64,000 bases of DNA from the human T2T-CHM13v2.0 reference genome, Homo sapiens, in NCBI RefSeq assembly GCF_009914755.1, contig NC_060937.1; one strand, 5' to 3'. A program made the translations under genes and the position numbers. Positions 55,495-64,000 of this stretch are shown here, piece by piece; positions within the stretch are counted from its first letter, which is position 1; the number at the start of each line of letters is the position of its first letter. Below the pieces are notes generated by a model. It made no database searches. It was not told where the DNA came from and worked only from the letters and a program-made list of their open reading frames with translations.

Positions 55495-55964
55495 TGAAAG
55501 TGAGGATTTGAATATATATTCAATGCTTGCTCTTAGGATCCAGTCCAGTGCTTCTCATGGCTGTCAGCGCCCTTTGTTCTCAGTTCCCTGCCTATCTGTA
55601 TGTATTCCTGCTCCTCCGGCTCCCCCTTGCTCTCTGTGCTCCAGGTACATAGGCCTTCTTTCCTTTTCACTAGCAAACGACTTCATTCCTTCTTTTAAGT
55701 CAGTCTTTGCATATTCTGTTCTCACTTTCCAGAAAAGCCCTCTATGTCCTGGCCCCGGACTTGCCTATGCCTTCTTCATGTCATCACTTAAATATTATGC
55801 GCTCAGAGCTGGAGGCTCAGGTTCCTGACTCTTAACTATCTACCTAGGAAAGAGCTCTCAACATCTCAAGAATTAGCTCATGGCTTACTCTTTTAAAGAG
55901 CTGTACCTGACCTTCCCCAATCTACCCCACTTGCTTGTGTTTGCATCAACCCTGCTGTATGTGA

Positions 55965-56150
55965 GTCTGCCATCCCTAGCTGTGCATCAGAGTCACCCAT
56001 GGAGTTTTAAACTATGCAAATAGCTCAGCCCTAGCATCTGAGATTCTGAATCATCAGGTCTGGTTTGAGGCCTCTGCAACTGTATATATCTGGTTAATCT
56101 TACTATTCTACAGGTCATTTTAATAAGCAATTCCAGTAGAGAAAAACAGT
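55965..56150. mobile_element. MER5-like hAT DNA element
   Basis: gtgcatcagagtcacccatggagtttt...agattctgaatcatcaggtctggtttgaggcc. Confidence 0.6.
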
Positions 56151-57000
56151 CTCTTAAACTCTTTATTGCTCTTTTCTGGGGGCTGGGGCCAAGGAGAGTA
56201 GGATTAGGATTCTGACCTCTAACTAGGTCATAGCACTAAAAGGGCAGAAATACTTTCTTCGTATATATATCCCAAACATCTGCTGCGGTGCTTGGCACAT
56301 ATTGTCACTGAATGAACAAATCCTTATCAAATTAGATTACATGGAAAGCCACAGGAGAAACATGGTCATTATTTTGGCAATGTCAATGGAAAGTAATTTA
56401 AAACATTATTGTTATGTTACATTAAGTGTGTATAGACTAAGAATAACAAATCTCATTAACTTAATATAAAGCATGACTCTCCAAAGGTATGTCTTGCCTA
56501 GGGCTGGAGAGGATCACAAAAGATTCACCACCCTCAACCCACTCTGCATTTATTGAACTTCCTGTTGGCCTTGCAATGGTCCTTTCAAATCCCTGATGTA
56601 ATTCTCAAATCCCTTCCAATTTCCTGTCTCTAAAAACATAGCTTACAATCTATACAGTAGCCTTAAATAGAGGTCTCATTGTATATGTTGTTCCCAAACA
56701 AAGTTGCCTTAAAAACAACAACAAAAAAATTCATGTAATAAATTCACAAAATAACTTAAGTCTTTGGTCTATACTAAATAGAGAATATAAACTATAACAA
56801 CATTTCTATTTAATCAAGAATTGTCCACTGGTGTAAACACTGGCAACCCATAACATTTGCCACACCCTTTTCCTTCCTTTCTTCACTTATCATAGATCTT
56901 CTCCCCTGTCTTCAGATTCAGGGAAATTTTTGCTACCCTCCCCCCTCTTCCATATCCCACTTTGAATTGTCTTATACTACAAATTACCACTGCTTTTACA

Positions 57001-57304
<304 letters not shown>

Positions 57305-57771
57305 CTGCTTTTACATTTTTTCATTCAAGCAACCCATTTCTCCCTCAGAACTAGGCAATCAGCTGCAGTGCATGATAAAGACAGAAGTGATGTTCTCCAA
57401 GCCCACATCCACAGAATATTTCTGAAATGGACTAAGGAATCTGTGGTTTTGCATAAAAACACATTGCATAAAAGTATCTCCTACACCAAGACAAAAATGT
57501 ACTGAACTGAGAAGTCAAAGGAAGTCTAAATTTTATTTTAAAAGATTCTAAATCTAATTTTATCATCAGAAATGGAGAAACTTTAATGCATATTTAAAGT
57601 TCATTTTCCAGATGTTTTTAGGAGGTTGAGATCCTAGGCAGTGAATCCTGTGAGCACAAGTTAAACTACTTTGATTAGCTAGAGATGCTTTATAATTCCT
57701 TCATCAGTTTCCAAACAAGAAACGATGACTTTAAAAATCTTTTCTAACAGAACAAAACAACACAAAGTAAA

Positions 57772-57804
<33 letters not shown>
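57772..57804. repeat. (AAT)n microsatellite
   Basis: About 11 AAT units. Confidence 0.9.
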
Positions 57805-58354
57805 TTTTCACTGCGTAAAAATGGATTGAGAAAGGTTTCTTTAAAAAAAAAAAGTTTTCCTTCAGTGGAAAGATAATAAGTCATATATTGTGTTCTCTCT
57901 TCTAGGCCTCCAATTGGTCTTCAGGAAAAGAACTGTATATCAAACTTGGGTTAATACACTACCTGCCTTAAGTGGTGCAATGTATTTAGATTTCTTTTTC
58001 TTTCCTATTGAATCTTGACAAACTATCACTTGCAAATTTAAAAGAATGAGCAAATTTTTACACAGAACTTAGAAACGTGGCTTGTCATATTACTATCTGA
58101 ATTATGATGCAAACTTATGCTTGCTTCTTCAGAGTAAATTATAGATTTTTTTTAAAAATGGGCTATTGTTAAAAATTTTTACCTTTGCTAGTCAATTTCT
58201 TTTACTTTTATTCTCACTTTTTGATATTCCACTAAAGTATTTTAAGATTCCTGCTAAATTACTGACCAGCATAGAAGTTATTTGTAGTCTAGACTCACTC
58301 TCTTATAAGAAATATGTATAATACAGTGGCTGGGGGGAGAGAGACACCCCAAAG

Positions 58355-58560
58355 AGCCATGCAAACTTTGGACAAGATGCATCTAACTTATCTGGGATGG
58401 CGCAGCGAGTTATATAATGTCCCATGCTTCAAAATTTTCATCTCTAAACAGAGGGATAACAATTCTGACCTCACAGGTGTGTTGTGAAGAATGAAGGTGA
58501 AATAACGTGCAACAGCCTGGGCACACATCAAGCCCTCCCCCTCCATAAATGCTCACTGAA
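58355..58560 (+). mobile_element. MIR
   Basis: ttttcatctctaaacagagggataacaattctgacctcacaggtgtgttgtgaagaatgaag. Confidence 0.7.
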
Positions 58561-61174
58561 ACTGTGAAGTAACTCATACGATCCATCATGTCTCTATGTT
58601 TAGTTTTACCTTTGTTCAATTACAAAGGTGCAAATAGGACAAAAAGTACCTAACAGCATAGGGTGAGAATGTAGCCATTTGGCAAACGGATATCTAAAAA
58701 TCAGGTTTCCATCAAATCATTGGATTTGGCTCTCTACATTGATCAGATTTATCATAAAATCACTAAATCTTCACTCCATGCTGTATTAAGACAAAGCCTT
58801 CACTAGTTTAAATTCTATATTCTAAAACCAATCCATGGATATATCTTTTGGAAGAGATGCAGGCATTTTTACTAGTTAGAATATTCTTTCACTTTTTAAA
58901 GATAGTGTTTTTCTTCTGCTTTCAACCTTTATTAAAACGGCCTTTAAATTCTTCAAATGCCATTATACAATCCTGATTACTCTCTTTAAAAAAATGGAAA
59001 ACTATCTCCATTTTATTTATTTCAAATAAGTTAGTACCCTTACTTATAAATAGAAGATTACAATTGTAGATTATAGATATCAATAAAAGAGACATATTGC
59101 TGTCAAATTCTTTCTCTGATCTGTTTGTTTGCTCATTAACTTGAAAGGCCCAATCTTTGATCTTTGGTTTCAAAGACATCAAGATGACTTCCAAATGTTT
59201 GATATATTGTCTACTTTTACATTGCATTCCATATAAAATGCATTTCCTCAAATTTAATAGTTAAATAAAATGGGTTATATCCAAGAGATGTTACGTATTC
59301 AAACTTTCCATATGATAGACTTGTTATTAGTTTGTGTTAGTTTGCTTACATTTAAACAAAACCATTTTAAACATGCAGTAGATTATAGCCAATGGTAGTT
59401 ATTATTTTGGAATTGATAAGTTATTTATGTCTGGCATTCTTCCTACTGATTATTCAGAGAGACAGGCGGCTTATAAATATCTCATCACTCCACCGTCACA
59501 GAAATTTCGTCGACAGTGCTCATGCACAGCTATTAGCAATATGAATCTAACCATTACAAGAAGGAGGAAAATCGAACATGTGGCATTAATACGCAGTCCT
59601 GGTTCCTAACCATCTGATAGGCAGATGGTGTGAAGCGGATTCTCCAGCTGAAATGAAGGGGCACATCATTTAAAACCTTGTTTGCATTCTAACTGATATC
59701 AGTGCCATATTCATATACATGATACATCATGGCAGTATTTGAACAATCTAGTTTGTTTCAGTCATAAATGTTTACAGCCTTGTTTTTTTAATCTTATAAG
59801 CATGTTCAGAAGAGTGTATTTTTAATTTATGAAACCTATTGTTTACTTCTGTTGAACTAGAAGATTAGTGGAAAGCAGGAATATTAAATTACTTCAACCA
59901 GAGCAATATAACCAAGACAGATGAATAAAGTGGGTTTCTATTTTCAATAAGGATGTTAGCAAAAGAATTTTAAAATTAGCTCAGGCATTTTGTGCATTAA
60001 ATACACTTATTCATTTAAACCTTTCAGCTATTTTTCCCCAAGTGGCATACAGAGAAACTTAATGCCTTACATAGTCATTCATTTAAAACTCTCACCGTGT
60101 GCAATTAATCTTGTCCAACAATTCAATTCAGAAAGTAAAACATCAAAAAGCATAGTTCAATTCAACAGTCATTACTGTGAAGTAATCTTTCTGCTCCTGA
60201 CAGTTCCTATAGACTCTTTGCAAAACTCTGTTGAAGGTGCATTGTAAGCTCCACATGAGTTTGAATTACAACTCAATTGAAATCACTCCAAGTCTTAGAA
60301 GAACTCTTGGCTCAATATAACAATTTGAAAACACCAGTACCTTTTTTCACCCTGTTTTCCTCCTATCCTTATTTAAATACCAGCTGTCAGAAACTGACAC
60401 TAACTTTCAGTTATTTTATTTCTCAATGCTTTCTAAATAAATTAAAATTGTGATTGAAACATGCATGTCTTCACTCTTGAATGATTAAATAACCAGAATG
60501 ATAAGCAGATAGAACAAAAAACTTAATTGTAAATCTGGTTAGACTGAAGATTTTGAGTGTGAACTTTTCTCTTAATGTCCATTAGACTGACTTTTCTTGG
60601 CCTTTGAAACACATTTGTATTCTGCAGAGAAAAAGAAAAATTGATCCTTGAGGCCATTAATGGAAACACTCCCTATACCAGTTTTGAGTCTTTCAACTGA
60701 TTGAATTAGATTTTTTAAATGTTTGTACTAACAACAACAAAAAAACCCCACTAATTTGGAGATATATACAGTAAGAAAGATGTTGTTATAATATGAATAA
60801 TGACTTATAAATCAAATAGACATCAGATTTAGCATTCTTTTTCTGGATAGCTTAAAATCTCAATTTCTCAGACTGAAGAGGTTATAGAAGTGAAATCAGA
60901 AAGAAGGAACACCATAGGGAAGTCATCTGGCCATATCAATCACTGAGGAACTTCTATGAAAGCTTTTGAAAAGCTCACCTTCTGATCACTAACCCAAAAT
61001 CAGGCTGAAACGTAATCAATAAAAACTTTTAAATTACTATAATTTGGTTTAAAATCAACTGTTACCTAATTTATAAAAAGTTGAACTTGGCACTATGAGG
61101 TCTTAAATATGTAACTTTTACTCCACCTTTAACATTACTACCTTTAGAAAAATATTTCTAAACAACCTCTTGGG

Positions 61175-61345
61175 GTCTTAAACTTATAAAACTTGGGGAT
61201 TAGAAAGACTTTACCTAATGTAACCCTTTTATTTTACTGATGATTAAATTTAGGGGCAATGAGGTTAATCATTTCTGTAAAGTCACACCATTAAATAATC
61301 ACAGAGTAATCCCAATTCGCCTTACTCCCAGTTCAGCACTGACCA
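61175..61345 (-). mobile_element. MIR fragment
   Basis: ttagaaagactttacctaatgtaacccttttattttactgatg...aagtcacac. Confidence 0.5.
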
Positions 61346-63960
61346 CACGGATTCTATGAGTAAATATAAAAAGAAAAGTACAGAAGACAGTAAACTATGG
61401 AGTCTTTGAAACAGATGACCCCCACTTTGCTCTAGTAGCTTATGGATTGTATAGAAAGTCGAAGTTATAGACACTCAGGTATGTCACAAATATACCAATA
61501 TAAATTGACTCCACTTAGAAATCTGATCTAAATGTTTGTGTTTCAGTTTTATAGAATTTAGAGTGTATCTGCCACAGAAACAATGACCATTGAACTTTAT
61601 GCACAAAACTTTTAACCTATACTGTATTGGTGAAATACAATATAATTTGTGCCTGAATCCTATGTATTACATAGGGCACAATGAGGAAGAAATAAAAAGA
61701 AGAGTAAATAAATTATTCTTCTCTGCATATCTTGAATATAAAACAAATTCCAACCAGAAACAAATTGAACTGACATGCCTTGACTCTAATTTTCTTTTAA
61801 GCACCCCTCTCATTATATCTTTTTCAATTATTTAATAAACTAGGCATTAGATATCTTCATGTTGGTCTAAGGCCCAATACTTCTTACTACTCACAGAACC
61901 CATCAGCCAAAATTACTCAGTGAATTGACTCCACGCAGGTAGCTCTAAGTAGCATGAGAGTGATTGAAAGTGTGTGATACTCTAAACGATGTTTTTGTTT
62001 TGTTAAGAGGCTTCTTGTTAATGTATTGGTGATAGTTCAGGCAATATAATAAGTGAAAAGAGGAAAAGATACGATAATCGTAATTTCCTGCAAAAGAATA
62101 ACCTCACTGGCATTTCAGTCTAAGTATAATCTCCTCAAATGTTCTACTTTTCTCAATATCATGCAAATCCTTGTCTAAATCCATTTCTACCTCAATGTCT
62201 CAGTTGTTTTTTTCTTTTTCCAGATTCCAAGTACCACATGGGGTCTGTGCATGTGTAGTTTATTGTTGAGGACAGAAAATGACAAAAAAAAACAAAAGAG
62301 GTGGCTATTTTTACATGTAAGTCTTGTTTGGGATGAGCCATCTAATTAAATAAAAATAGCTGGAAAATACGTGGCCACAAAAGTCTTCTGATACAGTAAA
62401 TAAATGTTTTTCAAGGAAAAGACTCATGCAAGAAATTTATTCATATATACATACATATGTATGAATATATGTACACATACATATATATACACACACATAG
62501 AATAAAGAATACAGACACACAGTATTCTTTCTAAGTGGAGGTCAAAGTCTGAGTGGGCTAGGAACAATATACATGCAGAGTCACTGGTTAACAATAGGAA
62601 CAGAGAAACCAGTGGTTGAGGCATTATATTTTTTACTTCTTTGTCATTAGGTCTAGCATTTATAACAACATCTCATTTAAGCTCCATCATCAACCTACAA
62701 GGTAAGTGTTTTCCTCATCTGGTTACAAAGAAAACGTGAATAGTGAGAGGCCAGTTGTAGTGCTTTGAAAAGTAGGTTTGTGTTTGCAGTTTTAAAGTTG
62801 GATTATGGAAAAAAACAATCCTAGTTAATCTAGAAAAACACATAGTGCCATGTGATAAGGAAGATTCAAATGAAATATGAGTTGTGGTCCATAGTCTCAA
62901 ATGGTTGGCATCTCCTACATGGTGGAATGTTAAAGGGAATGAAGCCCTTATCTTGGCACAATTTCATAATCATGGTCAAGTTACTTAATTCTTTGAGTGT
63001 GACTTAGACAAATTACTTAGTCTGATTATAAGGAGACTTCACACCTTACTGTTCAAAAAATAAATGGTGTTTAGGTTTGAATTTATTTCTTTTATAAGGT
63101 TTGATTATTATATTCAACCCATCTCACCTAGGAACAGAGCAATTATATATCAGGAAGAATTACCAATGTGCAGTATTATATTATTCACTTCTCTTTTTGC
63201 TGCAAAAAAATTATTCCAACAGAAAGAAATGTTTAGTTACTAACATGCCAAGAAATGTGAACCTTTTGTGTATTCTGACAGGAACTTTTACTTTGTTTCA
63301 AAACATTTGTAAGTCATAGCAAATCTTCAATTTTCCTAACATCTCTTCATTTTAGACGCAATGTCTGTAGTTATACTGATCCAATGACTTCTCTTGACCT
63401 AATTTATACCGTACCATGAGATTCTATTAAAAGAAACTAAATCACTGCAGTAGATTTATTCACCTTAAATAATTTAAGCTAATTGAAAAAGAACCAAACT
63501 AAAACTAAGACACTTCTCTCAAGCATTCAACTTCTGCATGTCAATTAGTAATTTAAATAACCAGCTAATCACAAAAGCTTCGTGAGAAACACCGACCTAT
63601 GCTATGTATACATCTCTCTACTTCCACTGGCTGAAGATACAAGTAAACATCAATTCTGATTCTACAAGTACGTATATCTCTTCTGTAGCAATTAGGTAAT
63701 TCCAATACAATGTTTTCATGGATGGATTTGAGATTCTTTTTAACTTTTCCAAAAAATGTTCAAAAGAACATAGAAAAATAGAAATATCTGAACATTTCAC
63801 ATCTAGTCACTCTTTTTTGTCAATGAGTTATGACAGTTCAAATTTATAAGGTGACTTAAACAAAACAAAATTGAAAACACTGCTGTTATCTACAAACATT
63901 AATACATCACAATAACCAAAGACTGAACTCCCATGGATTGGTTTAAAAATTACTAACTCA

Positions 63961-64000
63961 GGCCGGGCGCAGTGGCTCATGGCTGTAATCCCAGCGCTTT
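63961..64000 (+). mobile_element. Alu 5' end (truncated by the window edge)
   Basis: ggccgggcgcagtggctcatggctgtaatcccagc. Confidence 0.93.

Noticed and set aside
58701-58709. Exact SIX/MEF3 motif TCAGGTTTC (attractive given the SIX-EYA-DACH network)
   Set aside because: A single 9-mer is expected about 0.5 times by chance in 64 kb on two strands; no supporting context.

Overview
AT-rich, CpG-poor primate (almost certainly human) genomic DNA lying wholly inside the DACH1 (Dachshund homolog 1) gene, which is transcribed on the minus strand. Only one real coding segment is present: a 162-nt internal exon at 51778-51939 (-) encoding GLTAAAAAAAAATNAAIAEAMKVKKIKLEAMSNYHASNNQHGADSENGDMNSSV(G), with AG/GT splice sites. 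The supplied ORF track misses it. The rest is two very long introns holding about 15 Alus (many with visible target-site duplications), old L2/MIR/L1/MaLR/hAT fragments, microsatellites and several repeat-free, CpG-retaining, motif-dense blocks that look like developmental enhancers. The ORFs in the track appear to be Alu-derived or chance. I found no new multi-gene system. The best leads are an 87-bp near-identical local duplication copied from a candidate enhancer, a 5-nt-spaced inverted double E-box in a CpG-rich block, closely spaced inverted Alu pairs and a small repair-scar-like cluster of nested repeats. Repeat subfamily calls and old-repeat boundaries are by eye and approximate.
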